Shown one piece after another: positions 21,001-31,385 of a stretch of 64,000 nt of DNA. The notes under the pieces were generated by a model. The model made no database searches. It worked only from the letters and a program-made list of their open reading frames with translations, and was not told where the DNA came from. Position numbers and translations under genes: made by a program. This DNA comes from Azolla caroliniana (taxonomy: Eukaryota > Plantae > Polypodiophyta), in NCBI GenBank assembly GCA_043228905.1, contig JBHGNT010000003.1, positions 4,092,001-4,156,000 on the forward strand. Direction: 5' to 3'. Within the stretch, counting starts at the first letter, position 1. Every line of letters begins with the position of its first letter.

Positions 21001-22200
21001 ACTTAGGCAGTCCAACCACTGCATTTTTCTTCAACATATTTTTCAAGGTTTGCATACTTATGTGACCGATTCTTTTATGCCACATTTCCACATTTGAGAT
21101 TACACTCATTCCTTCTGCAAACATGGTTGTAATCTTTTTAGGCATATCCACATCTAATACAAACATCCTTCCTTGTTGTTTTCCTTTTGCAATAAGCTTT
21201 CCCTGTTCCTCTATAAAGCATCCACTTTGCTTAAACTTAACTTGCATTCCTTGCTCTACTATCTGTCCAACAGAAATCAGATTTTTTGCAAGGTTTGGCA
21301 CATGCATAACATTCAGCATATACTTCGTTTTCCCTTTTTCTTCCCACAATGGGATATCTCCAACATGCTCTATTTGGTGAGTAGTATTATTACCTGTCTG
21401 TACATAACCAGGAATCTCTAGTTCTCTTAGACTTTCAAACCAGTTTGCATGTCCTGTCATATGATTAGATGCCCCAGAATCTACATACCACATAAACTCT
21501 TCATTGCATCTCTGTGAACATTCAGCCATTGTTGTTGTTTCATGTTGCACCACAAATGCACCATCTTTATCACAATCTTCACTAGTTGAGGCATAATTAT
21601 TTTGTTGTCTCTTCCCTCTTTTTTCATCATTTTGCTTTTTATAACATTCATCCTGTGTATGACCTGGTTTTCCACAATATGAACATCCATCATCATTCAA
21701 ATAAGTTTGCTTACCTCTGCCTCGATTGCTCCCCCTGCCTCTGATGTTGTTTCCTCCACTTACAGCCTGTTGTCCTCTTCCTTGATAATTGTTCTTGGTT
21801 CTAGCTGAACCAAATCTTCCATGGCCTCTTCCAGCACTATTGTAGAGGGCTTGCCCCTCAGTCTCAGAGTTTCCTTTGTTTACATCATCCATCTGATTTT
21901 TTTCTTCCCTGGAAAACTTGGGATGTTATCCCTTGTGAGAATAGATGTTTCGAAGCTTTTATACTGAGGTCCTAAGCCTCTTAAGCATATTTCCACCTTA
22001 TCATCATCTTCTACCTTCACATTAATAGAAGCAAGTGATTCACATATGCTCTTTATTTTCAGAGCATACTCATTCACTGACATCTTACCTTTTTCCAAGG
22101 TATTTAGCTCAATCTTCAGCTGAAGCTTTGTAGCCTTTGTGTTCACTGCAAACAGTTTTACTAAACTGTCCCAAACTTCTTTTGGAAGCATAGCATTCTG

Positions 22201-25200
22201 TGTTGAGAAGCAAGCTCAACATGGTATGTGATGCTTATGAGAAATAAGCTATAGTAGCTATTTAGCTACTAGTGAACAAAAAGGTAAAACAGCTATTTAG
22301 CTATGGACAGCTAATTAGCGACTGAACAGCTATTTAGCTAGTGACAGCTAATTAGCTAGTGAACAGCTATTTAGCGACTGACAGCTAATTAGCTACTGGC
22401 AGCTAATTAGCTGCATGTGTAATAACTTATGACTTAGGTAAAAGTAAGTGAGAGTGAATAGGAAGTAAGCAGTAAGAAGACATACAGTGAGTAGAGAACT
22501 CTGAGAGAGAGTGAGAGACCAGAAGACTGACAAGAGCAAGTTGAGCTCTACATGTAATAGAAGAAAACCATTTTGCTACTACAGAGGTAAGTCCCCTTTC
22601 CTTTCTCTGTCTGTTTAGAGCACGCTAACGATCCAGCACACTACGATCCGCCGCGCACATAAGAAGAGCCCGAGTGCCTTCTTCACGTTTTCTTAACATG
22701 GTATCAGAGCAGAGTAGCTCGTAAGGAAGAGTATAGCAGTGCCTTAATCTGAGAAAGTTATTTCTCTGGTTGCTGATCAGAAATCAGAAAGTTACTTGTT
22801 GAAGTAACTAAAGCAAAACCCTGGTTTTTTAGAAGGAAAAAAATGGCTGCAGAGAATGTAGGCCAAATGGTCACAGAGAAATTAGATAAAAACAATTTCC
22901 CGGCGTGGAAATTTAGAATGACAAATTTCCTAATGGGGAAAGGATACTGGGATTACATTGAAGGAGACCTAGAAGAGGCTCCGGAGATCCCAGAAGAAAA
23001 TGCCACAGCAGCACAGATTAAAGCATTCAAAGATTGGAATCAAGGGGCAAGGAAGGTACTGCATTGGCTCTCACTTAGCATCTCAGATTCGATGCTTGGG
23101 CACATACAGGATGCTATGCTCCCAAAAGAAGCTTGGGACAATTTGGTAAAACTGTTTGCAGTAAACACAAAAGCTAGAAAGCTACAGTTGAAGACTGAGC
23201 TAAATACCTTAGAAAAAGGTAAGATGTCAATAAATGAGTATGCCCTAAAAATCAAGAGTATATGTGAATCACTTGCTTCTATCAATGTGAAGATAGAAGA
23301 TGATGACAAAGTGGAAATATGCTTAAGAGGCTTAGGACCTCAATACAAGAGTTTTAAAACTTCTATGCTCACAAGGGATAGTACCCCAAGTTTTTCAGAT
23401 CTGGTCTCAATGCTTGTGGTAGAGGAAAGGAATCAGATGGATGATGCAAATAAAGGAAACTCAGAGAACGAGGGGCAAGCCCTCTATAATAATGCCAGAA
23501 GAGGCCGAGGAAGAGGCCATGGAAGATTTGGCTCAGGAAGAACCAATAATAATGGCTTTCAAGGAAGAGGACAACAAGCTCATAGAGGAGGAAACAACAA
23601 TAGAGGCAGGGGGAGCAACCGAGGTAGAGGTAAGCAAACTTATGTAAATGATGATGGCTGTTGGTATTGTGGTAAACCAGGCCATACACAGGCTGAATGT
23701 TACAAGAAACAAAATGATGAGAAAAGAGGAAAAGGACAACAGAGTAACTATGCCTCTACTAGTGAAGATTGTGAAAAGGAAGGTGGTTTTGTAGTGCAAC
23801 ATGAGATAGCAGCAGTGGCTGAAAGCTCACAGAAATGTAATGAAGAGTTTACGTGGTATGTAGACTCGGGGGCATCTAACCATATGACTGGACATGCAAA
23901 TTGGTTTGAGAGTTTAAGAGAACCAGAGGTTCCTGGTTATGTACAAACAGGTGATGACACAACTCACCAAATAAAACATGTTGGAGATATCCCATTGTGG
24001 GAAGAAAGAGGAAAAACCAAGTATATGTTGAATGTGATGCATGTTCCAAACCTTGCTAAGAATCTGATTTCTGTTGGACAGATAGTAGAGCAAGGTATGC
24101 AAGTGAAGTTTAAGCAAAGTGGATGCTATATAGAAAAGAATGGGAAGCTCATTGCAAAAGGGAAGAGACAAGGAAGAATGTTTATCTTGGATGTAGAAAT
24201 GCCCAAACAGATTTCAGCCATGTTTGCAAATGGAACGAGTGTAATCTCAGATGTGGAAATGTGGCATAAAAGGATTGGCCATATAAGTATGCAAACATTA
24301 AAGAATATGTTGAGAAAAGATGCAGTGGCTGGACTGCCAAACTTGAAAAAGTGTGAAATGGGAAAAGTATGTGAAGCATGTCAATATGGTAAGCAAAACA
24401 GGTTGCCATTCCCTCATGAGAGACATGTAAGCAAAAATCTGTTGGATTTGGTACATACAGATGTATGGGGACCAACAAAGAATGCATCTATTGGTGGATG
24501 CAGATTTTATGTTACATTTATTGATGATTGTTCACGGAAGACATGGGTGTACTTCATGAAGGAGAAAAGTGAAGTATTTGACTGTTTTCGTAAGTTTAAA
24601 TGCATGGTAGAAAAGCAGGCTGGTACTAGGATAAAATGTTTGAGATCTGATGGAGGAGGAGAGTATTTCTCCAATGAATTTTCTGATTTTTTGTGTAATC
24701 AGGGAATAAGAAGACAGTTCACATGCCGATATACTCCACAGCAAAATGGAGTGGCTGAGAGGAAAAACAGAACTTTGGTGAACATAGCAAGGGCAGTGAT
24801 GACTGAGAAGAACATGCCATTATACTATTGGGCAGAAGCTGTAAATACAGCAAATTACATTTTAAATAGATGTATTACATCAGGAGTACATGAGGCAACT
24901 CCTGAAGAGTGTTTTTATGGCAGGAAGCCTAGCTTACAACACTTGAAAGTGTTTGGATGCCTTGCATATGTACATGTGCCTGCAGAAGTAAGAAGTAAGT
25001 TGGATCCAAAAGCAGAAAAATGTATCTTTGTTGGATATTCAGAAGAACAAAAAGGGTACAGATGTTATAACCCTGTGACTAAAAAGATTGTGACAAGTCG
25101 AGATGTGATATTTGATGAGTTGGCTAGTTGGTACAGCCCAAAACAGAATCTAGAGACTGATGAAGACTGTCAAAATGAAGACAAAGACAGATCAGAAAAT

Positions 25201-27706
25201 GTAGAAGACTGTCACAGAGATGGAGACAAGGTTGGACAGCAAAGTCCAACATCAACAGAATGTTCTGGACCATCAAAAAGCTCAGATGGTAAATCTGATT
25301 CAAATTCATGGAGTGGAAAAACTGGACAGAAAAAATCTGATGACAAAAAAGGAAAACAGAAAATGCCAGAGTATGAAATCCCGGATGACCTTTCAAAAAA
25401 CATGGAAGATGAAGATTCAGATATGTCTTTGGATGATTTCCTTGGAATACAGGAAATGAAAATCCCTGGTATGGAAAAGGCAATAAAGAATGCAAATCAG
25501 AAACTGAGAAGATCAGATAGAGAGAAAAAGACTGTGGAAAGATTTGGGTATGATACATATATGGCTATGCACTATGCATATATGTCTAAGGTGGTACAGA
25601 TCCCTGACCCAAACAGCTTTGAAGAAGCAAAATCTGAGAAGAAATGGATGGATGCAATGCAAGAAGAGATTGATGCATTGGCTGAGAACAAAACGTGGGA
25701 TTTAGTGAAGTTACCAAAAGAGAAAAATGTGGTAGGCTGCAAATGGGTCTACAAGACAAAGCATGACTCCAATGGGAATGTAAGTAGACATAAAGCAAGA
25801 TTGGTTGCAAAAGGATATGCTCAGATGCAAGGGATTGATTATGATGAGACTTTTGCACCGGTTGCAAAGATGGCAACCTTGAGAACACTACTTGCTGTAG
25901 GAGCAGCCAGAAAATGGATTTTGCATCACATGGATGTAAAGAATGCTTTTTTACATGGTAACTTGGAAGAAGAAGTGTATATGAGTCAACCACCAGGTTT
26001 TGAAGATAAGAAACATCCTGGTTATGTATGTAAGCTGAAAAAAGCTCTCTATGGACTGAAACAGGCACCAAGAGCATGGCACAGAGAACTTTCAGATTCT
26101 CTGAAAAATCTTGGTTTCAAAATGTCAAAAGCTGATCCTTCTTTGTATGTAAAAAGTGAAAATGATTGCATTGTTATTATTCTGATTTATGTAGATGATT
26201 TGATTATTGGAGGAGATTCCGTGGATGAAATAAGAAAGTTGGAAAAAAATCTGGAAATGCAGTTTCATATGAAAGATTTGGGAGATCTGAGATATTTTCT
26301 TGGTATTGAAATCATCAGATCTGAAAGTGGTATATGTATGTTGCAAAAACAGTATGCAACAACTATGTTGAAAAAGTATGGTATGCTTGGATGCAAACCT
26401 ATTGCTGTACCACTTGATAAAAACTGCAAGTTGAGGGCTGATTTGGGAGCCAAGATAGAAGATGTAAACATGTACAGGTCTATGGTGGGCAGCCTTATTT
26501 ATTTGACTATAACAAGACCTGATTTGAGCTATGCTGTTGGATTAGTCAGCCAGTTTATGCAACAGCCAACAAAGCCGCATTTGGACTGCATCAGAAGGAT
26601 TCTGAGGTATGTAAAAGCTACTCAGAACTATGGATTGTTTTACAGGGCTGATTTGGACATAAATCTGGAAGGATACACAGATGCTGATTGGGCTGGAAGC
26701 CAAACAGACAGGAGATCCACAAGTGGATACATGTTTACCTTGGGAAGTGCAGGAATTTCATGGAGTAGCAAGAAACAGGCTACTGTTGCATTGTCCAGTA
26801 CAGAAGCTGAGTATAGAGGGGCTGCAATAGCCACATGTGAAGAAGTATGGATCAGAAGACTGCTTGCTGATCTGGGAGTATATATAGATGGTGCTGTCAC
26901 AATCTGGTGTGACAATATGAGCAGCATTCAGCTTGCAAAGAACCCAGTGTTCCATGCAAGAACAAAGCACATTGAGGTGCATTATCACTTTGTTAGAGAA
27001 AAAGTGATGGAAGGTGAAGTTGATCTGGTGTATGTGAATACAAATCAGCAGGTTGCTGATATCCTTACGAAGGGATTGAGTGTGGAAAAACATACACAGT
27101 TTCGGAACATGATGGGAGTTGTAAACATTGATGAGATGGCTAAAAAGCAAAATGGAAAAGAAGATTGAAGAGAACCTCAAGCAAGAATAAGTTGAGCTTG
27201 AGGGGGAGTGTTGAGAAGCAAGCTCAACATGGTATGTGATGCTTATGAGAAATAAGCTATAGTAGCTATTTAGCTACTAGTGAACAAAAAGGTAAAACAG
27301 CTATTTAGCTATGGACAGCTAATTAGCGACTGAACAGCTATTTAGCTAGTGACAGCTAATTAGCTAGTGAACAGCTATTTAGCGACTGACAGCTAATTAG
27401 CTACTGGCAGCTAATTAGCTGCATGTGTAATAACTTATGACTTAGGTAAAAGTAAGTGAGAGTGAATAGGAAGTAAGCAGTAAGAAGACATACAGTGAGT
27501 AGAGAACTCTGAGAGAGAGTGAGAGACCAGAAGACTGACAAGAGCAAGTTGAGCTCTACATGTAATAGAAGAAAACCATTTTGCTACTACAGAGGTAAGT
27601 CCCCTTTCCTTTCTCTGTCTGTTTAGAGCACGCTAACGATCCAGCACACTACGATCCGCCGCGCACATAAGAAGAGCCTGAGTGCCTTCTTCACGTTTTC
27701 TTAACA
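22201..27706 (+). mobile_element. Intact, young Ty1/copia LTR retrotransposon
   Basis: 498-bp LTRs at 22201-22698 and 27209-27706 with one C/T difference noticed. PBS TGGTATCAGAGC (tRNA-iMet) at 22699-22710, PPT TGAGGGGGAG, and 5-bp TSD TTCTG (22196-22200 and 27707-27711). Confidence 0.97.
22843..27168 (+). CDS. Ty1/copia Gag-Pol polyprotein (GAG-PR-INT-RT-RH), 1441 aa, intact
   Basis: CWYCGKPGHTQAEC knuckle, WYVDSGASNHM protease, GAG-pre-integrase, QQNGVAERKNR integrase, YVDDL RT and YTDADWAG RNase H. Confidence 0.97.
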   Translation: MAAENVGQMVTEKLDKNNFPAWKFRMTNFLMGKGYWDYIEGDLEEAPEIPEENATAAQIKAFKDWNQGARKVLHWLSLSISDSMLGHIQDAMLPKEAWDNLVKLFAVNTKARKLQLKTELNTLEKGKMSINEYALKIKSICESLASINVKIEDDDKVEICLRGLGPQYKSFKTSMLTRDSTPSFSDLVSMLVVEERNQMDDANKGNSENEGQALYNNARRGRGRGHGRFGSGRTNNNGFQGRGQQAHRGGNNNRGRGSNRGRGKQTYVNDDGCWYCGKPGHTQAECYKKQNDEKRGKGQQSNYASTSEDCEKEGGFVVQHEIAAVAESSQKCNEEFTWYVDSGASNHMTGHANWFESLREPEVPGYVQTGDDTTHQIKHVGDIPLWEERGKTKYMLNVMHVPNLAKNLISVGQIVEQGMQVKFKQSGCYIEKNGKLIAKGKRQGRMFILDVEMPKQISAMFANGTSVISDVEMWHKRIGHISMQTLKNMLRKDAVAGLPNLKKCEMGKVCEACQYGKQNRLPFPHERHVSKNLLDLVHTDVWGPTKNASIGGCRFYVTFIDDCSRKTWVYFMKEKSEVFDCFRKFKCMVEKQAGTRIKCLRSDGGGEYFSNEFSDFLCNQGIRRQFTCRYTPQQNGVAERKNRTLVNIARAVMTEKNMPLYYWAEAVNTANYILNRCITSGVHEATPEECFYGRKPSLQHLKVFGCLAYVHVPAEVRSKLDPKAEKCIFVGYSEEQKGYRCYNPVTKKIVTSRDVIFDELASWYSPKQNLETDEDCQNEDKDRSENVEDCHRDGDKVGQQSPTSTECSGPSKSSDGKSDSNSWSGKTGQKKSDDKKGKQKMPEYEIPDDLSKNMEDEDSDMSLDDFLGIQEMKIPGMEKAIKNANQKLRRSDREKKTVERFGYDTYMAMHYAYMSKVVQIPDPNSFEEAKSEKKWMDAMQEEIDALAENKTWDLVKLPKEKNVVGCKWVYKTKHDSNGNVSRHKARLVAKGYAQMQGIDYDETFAPVAKMATLRTLLAVGAARKWILHHMDVKNAFLHGNLEEEVYMSQPPGFEDKKHPGYVCKLKKALYGLKQAPRAWHRELSDSLKNLGFKMSKADPSLYVKSENDCIVIILIYVDDLIIGGDSVDEIRKLEKNLEMQFHMKDLGDLRYFLGIEIIRSESGICMLQKQYATTMLKKYGMLGCKPIAVPLDKNCKLRADLGAKIEDVNMYRSMVGSLIYLTITRPDLSYAVGLVSQFMQQPTKPHLDCIRRILRYVKATQNYGLFYRADLDINLEGYTDADWAGSQTDRRSTSGYMFTLGSAGISWSSKKQATVALSSTEAEYRGAAIATCEEVWIRRLLADLGVYIDGAVTIWCDNMSSIQLAKNPVFHARTKHIEVHYHFVREKVMEGEVDLVYVNTNQQVADILTKGLSVEKHTQFRNMMGVVNIDEMAKKQNGKED

Positions 27707-28579
27707 TTCTGTATGTGTCCAAGCATCGAATCTGAGATGCTAAGTGAGAGCCAATGCAATATCTTTCTTTCCCCTTGATTCCATTCCTTAAATGCTTTAA
27801 TCTGTGCAGCAGTTGCATTTTTTTAAGGGATATTTGGAGCCTCTTTTAGGTCTCCTTCAATGTAATCCCAATATCCTTTTCCTATCAAGATATTTGTCAT
27901 TCTGAATTTCCACGCCAGGAAATTGTTTTTATCCAGCTTTTCTGTGACTATTTGGCTTCCATTCTCAGCAGTCATTCTCTCTTTCAAATTAGGGCTTTTG
28001 CTACGCTTAACTTCACAGACAACTTTCTGATTCAAATAAGCAACCAGAAACAAACTTCTTAGATCTGTATTGTTCCTCTCTACAAGCAACTCTGCTCTGA
28101 TACCATGTTAAGAAAGCGCTCTGGTTCTTCTTTGTGCATAGCGGATCGTGATGTGTTGGATCATTTAGTGCTCAAGACAGAAAGGGAAAGGGAAGGAGAC
28201 TTACCTCTCTGTAGCAAACCAAAAAACTTCTTCTATTTCATTACACGCAGAGCTCAACTCGCTCTCGTCTGTTTTCTGTTCTACTTCTACTCTCACTCTT
28301 ACAACTTTTTTCTACTTACTTTTTACCTAAGTTATAAGTGACTTGTATATGCAACTAATTAGCTGTTTGTACCTAAATAGCTATCAATAGCTAAATAGTT
28401 GTGCATAGCTTTGTTTCACCTTTATGTCCACTAGTAGCTAATTAGCTACTAGCTAGCTACTATAGCTTATTTCTCAATAAGCATCACATACCTTTGTTGA
28501 ACTTGCTTCTCAACAATAAAGGCGTAATGGTACGCTTTCGTGCCTTTCGGCGCCAGATCATTGCGTGAGTCGGGTGGGA

Positions 28580-31385
28580 ACCACTTGGGTTTTGGACTAG
28601 GAAGAGGAAGAATTTGAGACAAGTTTATAGTTATGGATAGATTATTAGAAAGAGAGATAGAAATCTCGTGAATCCCACGAGTGTGTTGTATTCGATTAAT
28701 CAATATTTAGATAAGAATATGTATTTAGATTGAAAGAAAGAGATTAAAAAGAACTTGTGAATCCCACAAGTATAGATTATTTCGTGAATCCCATGCATAT
28801 ATTAATTGGTGTCTTTTAGAAATATATCCAATTTCCAAATATTTCACACCCCTATTACATTGTGCTCCTCATCCTTATATAGTGATGAGAGAGTCTTAAC
28901 AATCCATGTTTTTTCTATAGATAGACTCTATGTTGTTTCTAAAGTGTTCATGCACACTAATGTAAATGAATTGCTTTTTACACTATGCTTTTATTTCCTA
29001 AATATAGTGCTCATGCTCGCTAGATGTGCACGAATAATATTTTATTGGTTTACATTTTTCTTATAAATAAAGTATTCACGCACTCTAAAAATGCATGACT
29101 TACTTTTTTAATAAAGGTAGACGTAAATAAAGGTCTTATTGGTGTTAAATCTATATTTAGAACACTAAGGATAAGTTAATACAATGGTAAGGTTGGGGTT
29201 TGTCTATGTGGAGGTATAGGGCTCAAATCTTGCCCTATGCATGTAATAAATATTTTTTTAATATTTTATTTTATTTATTATACGTACTTTAAATCGGATA
29301 GAGTATTTTATATATTTCACGTAGTGTGTGATTCACATTACGATACTCGCCCCCTCCGAACCCGCACATCCTCCGGTATGTGCCGAAGCTGTCGGTGATT
29401 GTTAGTCTCGTTGCCGGTTCTGTTCAGTTGCAGGTTTTCGGTTGCTGGCTCCACCCAGTCACCGGTTCTCATAATTCTCCTTTACTCGTAATACCCTTCG
29501 TTTCGCTCGTTATGTTGACTTTGTCTCTCCATTTTGAGCATATCCATTCTTTCTACCCGAACCATTGTCGCCATCCGATCCACTATAGTCTTCGTTCACT
29601 GTTTGCATTGCCATGGCCAGTTGCCATGGCTCCTTGTGATCCTGTTGAACCTAACCCTTCTTGTCTTGTGCATGTGCCATGCTTCCCACTTTGTTCACCT
29701 TTGTCGTATAATCTCGCGTTAGAGTTGATAATCTTCATGTTAGAGCTCACTGTCTTTGTTAAGATCTCATCCTTGGTAACACTCTTCAAATCCACTTGGT
29801 CCGTTTGGTCCTTGTCATCCGTGGTAGTACCTTTGTTTGGCCTCTTCCTTATCTTTAGCAACCTTGACTTTTTTCCAGATCGGTCTCACCCGATCTTCTT
29901 TCGGTTGAATCGGCTTCCATTCCGATTTGTATTCACCCAAACCGGACTCGGTTGATCAGTTTTTACCGATTCGGTCCCCTTCCGGGTTGGTTTCGACCGA
30001 TCGGTTTCCGTCCAGATTTGCTTTCTTTTCTTTGTTTTCACCGGTCTCGACTGGTTTGATTTTCGACACTTCTTTCTGGATCGGTCTCATCCAATCAGCT
30101 TCCGATTGGAACAATTTCCGTCCGCGTCAAACTCGACGAAACGGATTTTGTCCGAATCCACTTCCGCTTGCTTCATCTTTTGTTTAGATCGGAATTCCGG
30201 CCGGATCGTCTTCCGTCCGGACCCACTTCCAGCTTTACATTCTTTGCTCCCACCTCCCATCTCTCCGGTCTCACGTTGGTTCTTGGACACAACCGCCGAA
30301 GTCTCTAGAATTAGTGGGCAGGAATCCTTTGTATTACCGTCCTCCATTGTTTCACCCATAGCCACCTTCTCGACTATCTCTCCATCGTATACATCGGCTT
30401 TGACCTTCGTTTTCTCTCCGCCACCTTCTATCTCTTCAATCTCACGTTGCCTTTTGAACACAACCGCTGAAATCTCTAGAACTAGGGGTGGGAAAGTCTT
30501 CATACGGCCATCCGCCATTGATTCGTCCATAGCCACATCTGACTCGATGTCATCTTTCGTGGCTACCTCCTCAATCATGTCTGCCTCACACTTTTTATAT
30601 CCCTCGATCATGCAAGCATCGATTATGCTTACCCCTTTTTCACCCGATGTTTTGGATACTTGTATTTCGAAACCTTCTTCCGTTCTTGAAGTGGTGTTCG
30701 CCACTCTCAAGTCATCGACCTTATCCTTGGCCGTCGTTCTTTCGCAAGACGAGAGGATGCCTTGTTCCACACCCTCTCCCATGGTAATGTCGAATCGTAC
30801 TTCGGCCTTCATATCAACCACATCGTTCATCCTTAATCGATCGTCCCTTATAGGCCATGTTGTTGTTGACTAGATTCTCTTCTTCCTCTCATCATGTCTC
30901 CGACATACCCTTTCGACGTCGGCCCAATCCTCAGTAAGACCATTCGCACCGTCATCGTCTTCGAGTTCGATCCCGATGTCCATCCTTTCTTTTCGATCAA
31001 TTGACTTCACGAACATTAGGACTTTATCCATCCCCACCAATTGTTGTTCCTGCTCCGAGAGTTGAGCAAAACGATACTCAAACTCTAAGAATGCTAGTGT
31101 TGCACTTCGGTGGGTCTTCTCTAATGCCACCCATTCATCAAACTCTCGCCGATCTCGTCCCTTCGATCTCTCGTAAAGCTTCTTCAAAGGACCCCCATGT
31201 TGGGTTGTGTTGCCGTATCTTGTGGATTCTTTCTTGTAGCTCATCCGTGGCCACCCGACTGAAGGATATCACTTGCAATCCTTCTAGTATCCCATGTCAA
31301 ATCATCGCCCCCTTGTAGTCACATAGATAACGTGACACGTCCTTTCCATTGAATTGCCCGTTTCTTTGCACAAGTCACTCGCTCG
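28580..31385 (-). mobile_element. Degenerate LTR-retroelement remnant (gag-like region, no pol, PPT and LTR-like tail)
   Basis: Minus-strand gag-like GQFNGKDVSRYL..FEYRFAQLSEQEQ..FVKSIDRKER, then low-complexity ORFs, purine tract GGAGGGGGCGAG near 29345-29357 and an AT-rich LTR-like tail. Boundaries are approximate. Confidence 0.5.

Larger units (their letters stand above)
18009..28515 (-). mobile_element. Older degenerate Ty1/copia element (same family as 22201-27706), interrupted in gag
   Basis: Diverged LTRs at 28106-28515 and 18009-18402, PBS (rc GCTCTGATACCA, 28094-28105) and PPT at 18403-18412. Fragmented gag-pol ORFs span 18466-22191 and 27712-27975. Probable TSD is ATAAA (18001-18005, followed by three extra As, and 28516-28520). 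Confidence 0.9.

Noticed and set aside
30106-30873. 255-aa plus-strand ORF
   Set aside because: It is the Ser-rich antisense shadow of the low-complexity minus-strand frame in the retroelement remnant.
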